Both the position numbers and the translations under genes were made by a program. From a virus (Duplodnaviria > Caudoviricetes), in IMG/VR virus record IMGVR_UViG_3300020036_001974, positions 9,506-73,505 of that record: a stretch of 64,000 nucleotides of DNA; one strand, 5' to 3'. The stretch's first letter is position 1, and every line of letters starts with the position of its first letter. Under the pieces are notes generated by a model that was given only the letters and a program-made list of their open reading frames with translations, made no database searches and was not told the origin of the DNA. Positions 28,188 through 36,522 of this stretch are shown here, in pieces.

Positions 28188-29298
28188 TGGTTTCTCTTTC
28201 GCCTAACATAATATACTCCTTCTCAAACTCTTTCATTAATGCTGTCTCGTTAGCAGACGCCTTCTTAGTGGCCTCCAACTCAGCAATACGGTTGATACCT
28301 AACTGGTAGATAGCACCGACCAATACATCATGGTTCGTCTCTCTAAGCATTTGCAGGAACTTAATAAGGTTGGCCATTTCCTTCTTATTAAGGGTTGCAA
28401 TCTTGCAATTAGAGAACTCCTTTGCAAGCTCTGCCTGATTGTCCCGCTTGATTGTTTTCAGGTTAGCCTTACCTGATAAAATATCAGGGAAAGTTACTGA
28501 TATATTCTCCTCAAGGAACCGGATTAAATCAAGGTTACGGGCACCTACAAAGTTGTGACCAAACTTGCGTAAGAAATCACCGTACTCTTGGTAGGTAGCA
28601 GTCTTTCCGAAGTTGGCCTCGATAGCCTTTGATAATCCCGTCCATGTTCTAGGGTTGGTAATAACGTCACCGCCCTGCTCCTTAAGATCTGGGTAGAAGG
28701 AAGTAGGCTTCGCTTTCAGATACTCAACAATGTCCGAGTGGATGTTCTCAGTAGCGTAAGCATCAATCCAGTGGTGAAGCTCATGTTCGTGGTTAACAGA
28801 GATCAAACGACTCTTAAGAGCGTTATCAAACTCTTCAACATCTGTCCCATCCTCTGTACCTAAGTTACCGGTTGCTGCCATAAACACGTTCTCACCAAAT
28901 ACAAAATTCGGGCCAATTCTTCTCTCAAGCAGAAGCCCTAACGCTGCGTTTCTTACAGCCGGAGAGGTTCTGTTAAGTTCCTCAAATACAATCAAGAAAT
29001 TCTTTGTTTTATCCTTTGTCATATAAGCCCACTCAGGAATACCGTTCTTTGCAATAGGCAACCCGTTGTCGTAATGAATCACCGGCATTGTACCCAAGTC
29101 AACCTCATCCATCGTTGGTAAGCGAAGGTCAATAAAAATCATATTCATCTTGTCCGATATGGATTTTAAGATGGCCGACTTCCATGTACCCGGTTTCGCT
29201 TTGATAAAAAGAACCATGTACTGGCTCAACATCAGTTGAAAGTATCCCAACTCTTGGGAATTTAATACTTGTTTTGCTTTTTTAATTAATTGTTTCAT
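28153..29298 (-). CDS. MoxR-like AAA+ ATPase
   Basis: Variant Walker A KPGTWKS, variant Walker B VFEELNR, ATGN, ALKSR, NPRTW. Confidence 0.85.
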   Translation of the reverse strand: MKQLIKKAKQVLNSQELGYFQLMLSQYMVLFIKAKPGTWKSAILKSISDKMNMIFIDLRLPTMDEVDLGTMPVIHYDNGLPIAKNGIPEWAYMTKDKTKNFLIVFEELNRTSPAVRNAALGLLLERRIGPNFVFGENVFMAATGNLGTEDGTDVEEFDNALKSRLISVNHEHELHHWIDAYATENIHSDIVEYLKAKPTSFYPDLKEQGGDVITNPRTWTGLSKAIEANFGKTATYQEYGDFLRKFGHNFVGARNLDLIRFLEENISVTFPDILSGKANLKTIKRDNQAELAKEFSNCKIATLNKKEMANLIKFLQMLRETNHDVLVGAIYQLGINRIAELEATKKASANETALMKEFEKEYIMLGERETNEIQESNTETK

Positions 29299-29310
29299 AG
29301 TTTTTAAAGT

Positions 29311-29589
29311 TTATACTAATTCAGGGTTAAATTTCACAACGTCTGCCATACCTTTTGCGGTTGCTAAGAACCACTTGCTAACATCTTTCTTAGGAAGATG
29401 TACCTCTATTGAGGGGCTATTCAAAGCCCTTTCAATAGCTTTCTCACGACCAACCCTTCGGATAAACTGGTCGTTTTTTGAACAACGGCTAACTCCGAAT
29501 TTAGCCTTAGAGCCGTCAATTACTGCGGCTACGGTAACCCTTGACTCCTTGAGTCCGGTTACTTTTGAGTGAAAAATAAACTGCATCAT
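29311..29589 (-). CDS. Conserved small phage protein (G-x-S-x-C-x3-D-x-F-x4-G motif)
   Basis: FGVSRCSKNDQFIRRVGREKAIERA. Confidence 0.55.
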   Translation of the reverse strand: MMQFIFHSKVTGLKESRVTVAAVIDGSKAKFGVSRCSKNDQFIRRVGREKAIERALNSPSIEVHLPKKDVSKWFLATAKGMADVVKFNPELV

Positions 29590-29753
29590 AATAATTTTAA
29601 ATATTCGTTAAACTTGTAAACTCTATCCCAATAGGCTTCAGAAAGCATAGTAGAATACCCAAATCCCATAACCCCTTTAATACCATCAAACCGATCACCG
29701 TATACTTTTATAAGGCTTTTATGGTGTTTGTTTATATAATAACCGTCTTTCAT
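29586..29753 (-). CDS. FxxYL-tagged small protein, 55 aa, not in ORF track (FNEYLKLL)
   Basis: Hand translation MKDGYYINKH...RVYKFNEYLKLL*; ATGA overlaps at both ends. Confidence 0.7.
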   Translation of the reverse strand: MKDGYYINKHHKSLIKVYGDRFDGIKGVMGFGYSTMLSEAYWDRVYKFNEYLKLL

Positions 29754-29962
29754 AATCTTCTAAGGTAAGCATTAAATGATATAATTTTAAATAGCTTCCA
29801 ATCATTTAAATGATATTCATGAATTTTTCCAATATTGTAAGGATGATTACTTGTACCCTTGTCCACTAATTCAACTTCAAGATATGGATTCTTAACCTGA
29901 ATAACCTTCCAAGTAATTCCATTACCCGGATACTTCAATACATCACCAACATTATACTTCAT
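29750..29962 (-). CDS. FxxYL-tagged small protein (FNAYLRRL)
   Basis: MKYNVGDVL start, tag. Confidence 0.7.
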   Translation of the reverse strand: MKYNVGDVLKYPGNGITWKVIQVKNPYLEVELVDKGTSNHPYNIGKIHEYHLNDWKLFKIISFNAYLRRL

Positions 29963-30144
29963 AACTTTTCAAGATAATAATTAAAACCAATTCTTTTCCA
30001 ATGTTCAGGGTAATAATGAACACTCCAATCTCCAGTATCTCCAACATTATACAAAGGTCGTTTACCATTACGTATTATAGTATAGAAGTTAGGTTTTGTC
30101 CTAAGCAACATCATCCCTTCTTTATGTAACCAAATCTCTCTCAT
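29959..30144 (-). CDS. FxxYL-tagged small protein (FNYYLEKL)
   Basis: C-terminal tag. Confidence 0.7.
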   Translation of the reverse strand: MREIWLHKEGMMLLRTKPNFYTIIRNGKRPLYNVGDTGDWSVHYYPEHWKRIGFNYYLEKL

Positions 30145-30395
30145 AACATATTAAATTAAGCCATTTGTTCTAAGTAAGTTCGCTATCATCATTTTTATTC
30201 GTTATTTAAAGGGCACACTTCTCCCAAGAGTTTAAGAAGGCTCTCAAGAACCATGATTCATTATTCTTTTTTGAGTAGCAGCCTCTTTCTTAGTTAGCTT
30301 ACGGGTCACCCCTGATACCTTAGAATGTCCTATACTCTGTGGTATTTTACCACAGTCAGTGGTTACTTTACGGATTGAATTACCTTCGTACTTCT

Positions 30396-30602
30396 TCATT
30401 GTAATAGTTTTATGTAATGATTAAAAGAAATCTCTTCAAAGAACTGGTTATAATCGAAGTTTGTAATATATTGTTTTGAGGGGGTTATTGAATACCTCGT
30501 CATACCAATATCATCTATTATACCCATGTCAGTCTCCAAATATATTTTACCGACTGTCATATGAATGAACAATTCAGTCTTACACAACCAATACCTTTTC
30601 AT
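30396..30602 (-). CDS. FxxYL-tagged small protein (FNHYIKLL)
   Basis: MTVGKIY core, tag. Confidence 0.7.
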   Translation of the reverse strand: MKRYWLCKTELFIHMTVGKIYLETDMGIIDDIGMTRYSITPSKQYITNFDYNQFFEEISFNHYIKLLQ

Positions 30603-30672
30603 TAGTTAAGGTTTATATAGTTAAAAGGATTCCTTAAGTCACCAAACGGACACAACACTTGTACGTTGTAGA

Positions 30673-30927
30673 CTAGGACGTTTTCTTTGTAGCTGAAGAT
30701 TCTTGGGTATTGCATAACTTTAAATAGTTTTTAAACGGTGGAATATATATATCTCCTTTATCTAATTTAACAGGAAATTTATCATCTTTATATAAATCAC
30801 CAACCTGCCAACCTGTCTTATTATCAGAACCTTTTAAACACCTCCAACTAAGATCACCAATATAAATCCATTGGTAATTATTATGAGTTATATAGATTCC
30901 CCCTATTGTTGGTGTTATTCTTTGCAT
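30673..30927 (-). CDS. FxxYL-tagged small protein (FKNYLKLC plus extension)
   Basis: Tag followed by a short extension overlapping the next ORF. Confidence 0.65.
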   Translation of the reverse strand: MQRITPTIGGIYITHNNYQWIYIGDLSWRCLKGSDNKTGWQVGDLYKDDKFPVKLDKGDIYIPPFKNYLKLCNTQESSATKKTS

Positions 30928-31229
30928 AAATTAACGTATAAATCAAATGTTTTCTTAACAGGAGTCCACTTACCATCCCAATATTTGCCATTCAAATACC
31001 AACTGCCTTGTTTTTGGGATATACTAACACCGGGTAAACCATTTAATCTATCTTTAGTAGTAACTGTTCTCCAACCGGCTGAGGATATATAAATGTTATT
31101 ACCCTTGTGATAAGCAATAAGGTTACCGAATACTGTAAGGTTGTTTCCATCTGTTTCTGTATTAGAAACCTTACAATACCTACGTTCTAAGAACGCCTTA
31201 ATTACTGGTTGTATAGACTTTCTACTCAT
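30915..31229 (-). CDS. Phage hypothetical protein (GWxTxTTKxRLN motif) with FxxY tag (FDLYVNLCK)
   Basis: 104 aa; tag at C-terminus. Confidence 0.65.
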   Translation of the reverse strand: MSRKSIQPVIKAFLERRYCKVSNTETDGNNLTVFGNLIAYHKGNNIYISSAGWRTVTTKDRLNGLPGVSISQKQGSWYLNGKYWDGKWTPVKKTFDLYVNLCKE

Positions 31230-31453
31230 TTTCTAAAATCATTATCTTTCTGACGTTCTGTTACAAACATTACAGGTCTATTTTCAAAGATATTAGGCCC
31301 GGGTACTCTGGATAAGAAGCAGTAGAACACCTTCTCAGATATAATCTCTTCAAAATCTTCTTCTTTATACCCGTTACTCTTAAACCAACAGTAGGCATCT
31401 GATACCCAAACGTCATTAGAAGAGGATAGGTAGACAAGGTAAGGTTTTTTCAT
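31226..31453 (-). CDS. Hypothetical protein
   Basis: 75 aa, ATGA-coupled, no tag. Confidence 0.5.
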   Translation of the reverse strand: MKKPYLVYLSSSNDVWVSDAYCWFKSNGYKEEDFEEIISEKVFYCFLSRVPGPNIFENRPVMFVTERQKDNDFRK

Positions 31454-31459
31454 ATGCTT

Positions 31460-31648
31460 TTATTTAAAAGTGGGTATTAGCTTAATATAGTTATTAAACG
31501 AAAAGGGAGAAGCATTCGGTTTATCTTTATAATGATAACACGGAGTCCTTGACCAGTTATTCATATTTACACCATGTACCCATCTTGGAGTGGGGTCAGG
31601 ATATAACCAAAATATAGGTTTTCCACAGTATTTACAAGTATAGTTCAT
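31460..31648 (-). CDS. Zn-finger-like FxxYL-tagged protein (FNNYIKLI)
   Basis: CKYCG...H...C.H, tag. Confidence 0.7.
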   Translation of the reverse strand: MNYTCKYCGKPIFWLYPDPTPRWVHGVNMNNWSRTPCYHYKDKPNASPFSFNNYIKLIPTFK

Positions 31649-31830
31649 TTTTCAATTAGTTCTAAATAAGATATAAAAGCATAAGGTTCGTAAGAAATGG
31701 GTAAGTCACCACTATAAGGAAAATTATAACCTTTGTCCAAATTAGTTACCTCTTTAGGATCTGAGATAATAGTTATAACCTTATTACTAAGATCTAATAT
31801 AACACCTGATATTTTATGTTTATATAGCAT
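31645..31830 (-). CDS. FxxYL-tagged small protein (FISYLELI)
   Basis: MLYKHKISG start, tag. Confidence 0.7.
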   Translation of the reverse strand: MLYKHKISGVILDLSNKVITIISDPKEVTNLDKGYNFPYSGDLPISYEPYAFISYLELIEK

Positions 31831-32033
31831 TACTCTCCTTTAATGGTTAGTTGTCCGACTTCTATACCAATATCACGACATCTATCTATTGCTTTAAACA
31901 GATCATCCTCAGACTCAATAAGCCCCTCAGAACCATCTGGGTAAAGAATATAAAGATCAAATAACCCCGATTTGTAAATACTATGAGCTTTATGAGTAAC
32001 TATTAACCATATAAAGTTATCTATTATTTTCAT
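31830..32033 (-). CDS. Hypothetical protein
   Basis: 67 aa, LYILYPDGSEGLIES. Confidence 0.55.
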   Translation of the reverse strand: MKIIDNFIWLIVTHKAHSIYKSGLFDLYILYPDGSEGLIESEDDLFKAIDRCRDIGIEVGQLTIKGE

Positions 32034-32226
32034 ATTATTTAACTATTTAATTTAATACAAGTACTTCAGATGCTGAAAAAACATTACCATTAACAGTTCT
32101 AAAACTACCATTCTCTAACTGATAAGCAAGAGTAGTGATATAAAGAGATCTAATAAGTATTTTTTTCATATTATTCATATTAGTATTATTTAAGTAAAAC
32201 TTGTCGATTTGAGTGAAAATTCCGGT

Positions 32227-32445
32227 TTATCCTATTTCATCTATTGAATCTTCATCTATTTCAATACTATCAGTATCTCCATCATATTGATCTCCATGAG
32301 TCCAATCTGCCTGTTCATCAATATCTTTTTTAGACATTTTTTTAAGTTTGTTTAATGCTGCTTTTTGATTAGAAGCCTCTATTTCAATAGTTCCTTCATA
32401 ATAACCAGTTAGATTCTGTGTTACTCTTATTTCAAATGTTTTCAT
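32227..32445 (-). CDS. DpnD/PcfM-like small acidic protein
   Basis: MKTFEIRVTQ...TIEIEASNQKAA pattern; first gene of the left - operon. Confidence 0.5.
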   Translation of the reverse strand: MKTFEIRVTQNLTGYYEGTIEIEASNQKAALNKLKKMSKKDIDEQADWTHGDQYDGDTDSIEIDEDSIDEIG

Positions 32446-32511
32446 AATAGTTATTTTTAAATAGGATTAAACTGTTTTTCTTGAATTTTGGGGATTTTCC
32501 CTTGAACCCGA

Positions 32512-32545
32512 TGCAACGTTCGGAGTTTTGGCGGATATGTGCAAA
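32512..32545 (-). promoter_or_regulatory. Possible Bacteroidota-type -33/-7 early promoter for the left - operon
   Basis: TTTG-20 nt-GAACGTTGCA, an imperfect match to TTTG/TAnnTTTG. Confidence 0.35.
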
Positions 32546-32574
32546 TTTTTGGGGAATTATTTTCCAAAAATCTC

Positions 32575-32589
32575 TGGCACGATTTTTGT
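32575..32589 (+). promoter_or_regulatory. Sigma54-type promoter
   Basis: TGGCAC-GATTT-TTGT, upstream of HNH ATG 32627. Confidence 0.65.
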
Positions 32590-32626
32590 GGGCTTATCAC
32601 GCACACAAGTAAAAACCCACTAAACA

Positions 32627-33406
32627 ATGAATATTAACGAATTACTAAAACAAAAGACTGTATTAGAACTATCTTTAAAAGACTTAAGATATAAAATAAA
32701 CAATTATTATAGTCAAAGACCTTTAATAGAGCATGAAAGTATTAAAGGATACTATTTAATTCATCGAACAGGTGTTCATTATATAAGCAAAGATGCCGTT
32801 ATAATAAATAAGAAAGGGGCTGTTATAAAACAAACTCACCAAAAGGATTACTGGGTTGTGCCTTTAAAGGGTACTGGTTTAAGGGTTCATAGGTTAATAG
32901 CAGAGATATTCATTCCTAACCCAGATAATAAACCATTTGTCAATCATATAAACGGTAATAGATCTGATAATAGGGTAGAAAACTTAGAATGGGTAACTCA
33001 ATCAGAAAACTTAATTCATGCATTTTATGTACTTGGTAGAAAAGGTAAGCCGTTAAAGAGGGCAGATGACGGGCGCACCCTTGAGGAAATAATGAATGAA
33101 GAAGGATTAACCTATCATCAAGCAAGTTATAAATACTTTACTAAAAGACCTCGTTTTGGTGGTAAACATGGTGACATTATTAAAAATATAATGAAACAAG
33201 AGGGTGTTGGTTACAATATTGCTTATAGAAAAGCCGTAAAAATGAATTTAATAGAACCTCCTAATAGCTCCTTTCTTAAGAAAACACAGGCCCAACATAA
33301 TGGAATTATTAAACAGATAATGGATGAAACAGGATTTACTTATAACAGGGCTTATAGAAAGGCTAAAAGAGAGGGGTTAATATCTCCCAAAACCAGAGTT
33401 AAATAG
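32627..33406 (+). CDS. HNH homing endonuclease with three C-terminal repeats
   Basis: VHRLIAEIFIPNP...VNHINGNRSDNRVENLEW. Confidence 0.9.
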   Translation: MNINELLKQKTVLELSLKDLRYKINNYYSQRPLIEHESIKGYYLIHRTGVHYISKDAVIINKKGAVIKQTHQKDYWVVPLKGTGLRVHRLIAEIFIPNPDNKPFVNHINGNRSDNRVENLEWVTQSENLIHAFYVLGRKGKPLKRADDGRTLEEIMNEEGLTYHQASYKYFTKRPRFGGKHGDIIKNIMKQEGVGYNIAYRKAVKMNLIEPPNSSFLKKTQAQHNGIIKQIMDETGFTYNRAYRKAKREGLISPKTRVK

Positions 33407-33763
33407 GACAAGAGTTGAGGATTGCTTGCAAGCGGTCGTCCTTAACAAGGATCTGGAGCTGGAGAAACTAATGTATCAGATTCTTAAGGTACAATAGGCT
33501 GTATAAGCTCTATATAAGCTATTAGAGCAACGCAGGAATCCAACCACTCCAGATAGGTCTAATAGTACAAACCTCTTATAAAGGCAATTATAAAGCTAAT
33601 TTATACCCTATAAATGATCCCAAAAGAGTTCATCTTGTCCTAATACACTAAAGCGTGATAGCGATAAATACCTACATTATAGATACGTAATAGAAGAAAA
33701 TGAATTACTATACTAACTTCTTTAGCAATCGCTTAACCACATACTAATATAGATAGTATTTAG

Positions 33764-33787
33764 TAATAACTAAAAGTTTAGTTATTA
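33764..33787. repeat. Perfect 11 bp inverted repeat in a long AT-rich intergenic region
   Basis: TAATAACTAAA-AG-TTTAGTTATTA. Confidence 0.8.
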
Positions 33788-34087
33788 ACCTATTTATACT
33801 CCCTTTTTTAAGGTAATTAAGGGGTTTTTATCCCAATTTGGGACAATTATTCCCATTCTGGGACAAACACAGGGAGTAAAAAAGTAATATTTCACCTAAA
33901 ACCTTACATCATGCCAAAACCAAAAAGGCCCAAAATGAAGGAATTTACCGGCAAAACACAAATAATCTTACATGGAATGGGTGAAAATTAGGAAATTCCA
34001 AAAATCGGTTATTACTTTGGGGCAACAAATCGGGAATAAGTCCCACCACCATATGGGGTTCCCGATAAAAACCAAATTTATAGTATT

Positions 34088-34753
34088 ATGAAAAATGTAA
34101 GTTTAAAGAGTGAGCAGAAGGTATTATTAACCGTTGTAGGTCTAATAATAGCCTATTTTGTAGGTCAGAATTTATTGACATTGTTTCAATACCTTATCAG
34201 TTTTAGGCAAGATGAGGTAATTGGGTTTTTAAGCCTTGCAAGCGTTTTACCTGTTTTAAAGGTCAAAGCGTTAAAGTATCCTATTTCCTTAATTGACCAT
34301 ACAACTAAAAGTGGTCGCAATCGTAAAGGTGTTATTTTGGGTACTGAAAATGGCCGTTTGGATCGTGAATTATGGTATTTAGCTTTACATAGCGATTTTA
34401 AGGCTACTTCATTATTCGACTCTCAAGGCTATTCAGTTGAGAACAAAAAGCCTGTTTACCTTGTAAAGCCTGAATATTGCAACGGTAAAACCGATTCTCA
34501 AATTATCGAATCGGTGCAATCATTCCTTAATACGGGATTGACTAAAGATAATAGAGAATTGATAGCTGCAAAGATAGCTGCAAAGGACGCTGAAAAGGAA
34601 AGCCAGAAGGCTGCAAAGACAGCTAACAAGGTAACTAAAGGTAAGGGAAACAGTATTACTGAATTGGTTGCAAAATTGGATATAGCACTTGATAGAGGGC
34701 TTATCACCGCTGAAGAGCACAAGGTGAAGTTAACCGCTGCATTAGGTATCTAA
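34088..34753 (+). CDS. Membrane-anchored protein with C-terminal SHOCT-like helix
   Basis: N-terminal TM segment; ELVAKLDIALDRGLITAEEHKVKL. Confidence 0.6.
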   Translation: MKNVSLKSEQKVLLTVVGLIIAYFVGQNLLTLFQYLISFRQDEVIGFLSLASVLPVLKVKALKYPISLIDHTTKSGRNRKGVILGTENGRLDRELWYLALHSDFKATSLFDSQGYSVENKKPVYLVKPEYCNGKTDSQIIESVQSFLNTGLTKDNRELIAAKIAAKDAEKESQKAAKTANKVTKGKGNSITELVAKLDIALDRGLITAEEHKVKLTAALGI

Positions 34754-34773
34754 TCAGGTAAGTAAGTAAAAGG

Positions 34774-34802
34774 AAAGGACGCCTAAACAGCGTCCTTTTT
34801 TT
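34774..34802 (+). terminator. Intrinsic terminator
   Basis: AAAGGACGC-loop-GCGTCCTTT plus T run. Confidence 0.85.
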
Positions 34803-34847
34803 ATGTCTATACTTTTGGCACCCTATTTTTAATTAGTCTAAATAATT

Positions 34848-34874
34848 AACCCGCCTAATTTAGCGGGTTTTTTT
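34848..34874 (+). terminator. Second intrinsic terminator
   Basis: AACCCGC-loop-GCGGGTT plus T run. Confidence 0.8.
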
Positions 34875-35023
34875 ATTGCCTTATATAAGATAGTTGTTTA
34901 TGCGATTATTCAAATTGACCCCCACCCTCTTTGAATGACCCCCCGGCAGTCAGACGAAATTGCATACAGGGCCGCATGTGTAGTTTAAAGGTTAATAGAT
35001 AGAGATATTATAAGAAAAAAGGG

Positions 35024-35212
35024 TTAATTAATAAGACTATAAAGTAAAACCCCCCATAAAAGACTTAAAAACGCAATTAAGAACCCTATTAAAAACTGTC
35101 TACGACCATATTCCTTTAACATCATTAGTATGTATCCTTGGTATTCTATTGGTATCTTCTTACCATGTTTTAACCAGCATAGATTTAAGTATCTGTTCAT
35201 TATGTCTCTCAT
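35024..35212 (-). CDS. Small membrane protein
   Basis: C-terminal TM segment FLIGFLIAFLSLLWGVLLY. Confidence 0.5.
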   Translation of the reverse strand: MRDIMNRYLNLCWLKHGKKIPIEYQGYILMMLKEYGRRQFLIGFLIAFLSLLWGVLLYSLIN

Positions 35213-35289
35213 GTCCTTAGTGTTTATTGTACCCCTTCGGGTATAAAAGTAGTAGTATTGTATATGTTTATACCTTATAGGGTATAGTC

Positions 35290-35511
35290 TTACTGTTTAT
35301 GGCAAGATGAACCACTCGGTTTTTCAAGGTAGGTAAGGTAGGCTCTAAAGAAAGCAGGAGTATGGAAAAACCCACCTAATGTATTATGTAGACCAAAACA
35401 AAAGAACCCGTTACTATGTACCTTTCCTTTCTTATAAGAATTGGATATTTCCTGACTCCACCAATCTTTACCGAGACTCTCTATCTCATATCCACATCTG
35501 CTGCATTTCAT
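35290..35511 (-). CDS. Zn-finger-like FxxYL-tagged protein (FRAYLTYL)
   Basis: CSRCG...H...C...H, tag. Confidence 0.65.
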   Translation of the reverse strand: MKCSRCGYEIESLGKDWWSQEISNSYKKGKVHSNGFFCFGLHNTLGGFFHTPAFFRAYLTYLEKPSGSSCHKQ

Positions 35512-35723
35512 TTCTTAAAGGTTATAAGGTAATCTTCTTTCTTAAGAGGGCAGTCTTCTGGAGTACTATACCCGGGTTCTTCAAACCCCATATAAGTACC
35601 TAAAACATTGCCGGTAAGGTTACATTTATCGCAAGAATCCTCACCTATTGCCCAATCATCATATTCACTTACCATAAAAGGGCAGTTTCCACACCCAATA
35701 ACTTCAGTTTTAACTGTTTTCAT
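35508..35723 (-). CDS. Cys-rich hypothetical protein
   Basis: CGNCPF...C..C...CPL. Confidence 0.6.
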   Translation of the reverse strand: MKTVKTEVIGCGNCPFMVSEYDDWAIGEDSCDKCNLTGNVLGTYMGFEEPGYSTPEDCPLKKEDYLITFKK

Positions 35724-35850
35724 ATAAAATAAGCGATTATTTGAGGCAATAGGAAAATAATAAATAAATAGGTTAGAATGTGGTACCAGATAAGGGTTTT
35801 AGTCACTCTACCTTCAATAAGGTACATAAGTCCTAGTATAGGTATGTATT

Positions 35851-36021
35851 TCATAGTAATTTTAAATAATTGGTAAAATTAATAGGTTTCAAGTCTTTTG
35901 TATAGCAGATATTTACATTCCCATCTGTAAACTTTATACGTGATACCAGACCTTCTTTACTCATTGCTTCAATATCACATACCCTACCCATACGGCTTAA
36001 TACTCTATCGCCTATCTTCAT
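35851..36021 (-). CDS. FxxYL-tagged small protein, 56 aa, not in ORF track (FTNYLKLL)
   Basis: Hand translation MKIGDRVL...KPINFTNYLKLL*. Confidence 0.7.
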   Translation of the reverse strand: MKIGDRVLSRMGRVCDIEAMSKEGLVSRIKFTDGNVNICYTKDLKPINFTNYLKLL

Positions 36022-36033
36022 AACTTCCTTAAA

Positions 36034-36456
36034 TCATGATAATATCCTGTCTAATCCAAAATAGATCCCTAAACACCATCCTAAGATGATAATCCTAATC
36101 CCGATAAGGGTTAGTTTGGAGAATTTCTTAAGTACCTTATCTGTTGAAGAACTCTCACCCAGATAGAACGGATCTCTTTTAAAGAAAGTTCCAAAGGTTA
36201 TATCAAAGAACATTACAAATAGTCCAAAACAAGCTATCAGGCTCTGAAGTAAGTGAACCGGGAAGATGAATTCATTTGGGAAAATCATTACATTTACAAG
36301 GCTCGCCAGAAGAAAAGCAGGAGCACGTAGTGTCCATATGTCCTTCTTGTGGTTGTCCCAGACCCCGTTCTTGGAGTCCTTTAGGTCCAAAACTGCTTCC
36401 AGTATCCAAGGGGTTGATAGTAGTAGGAGTTGTAGGGTTATCAGTAGTGTTTCCAT
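36034..36456 (-). CDS. Multi-pass membrane protein
   Basis: About four hydrophobic segments. Confidence 0.65.
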   Translation of the reverse strand: METLLITLQLLLLSTPWILEAVLDLKDSKNGVWDNHKKDIWTLRAPAFLLASLVNVMIFPNEFIFPVHLLQSLIACFGLFVMFFDITFGTFFKRDPFYLGESSSTDKVLKKFSKLTLIGIRIIILGWCLGIYFGLDRILS

Positions 36457-36522
36457 GTTTTAATTTATATAAGTCGCAAATATGAAGGGTTTTAAATAAC
36501 TCCTTGAACTTCTCATTAGCTG

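Noticed and set aside
28153-29298. AAA+ ATPase as the sigma54 enhancer-binding activator
   Set aside because: No GAFTGA loop; the motifs and vWA partner indicate the MoxR clade.
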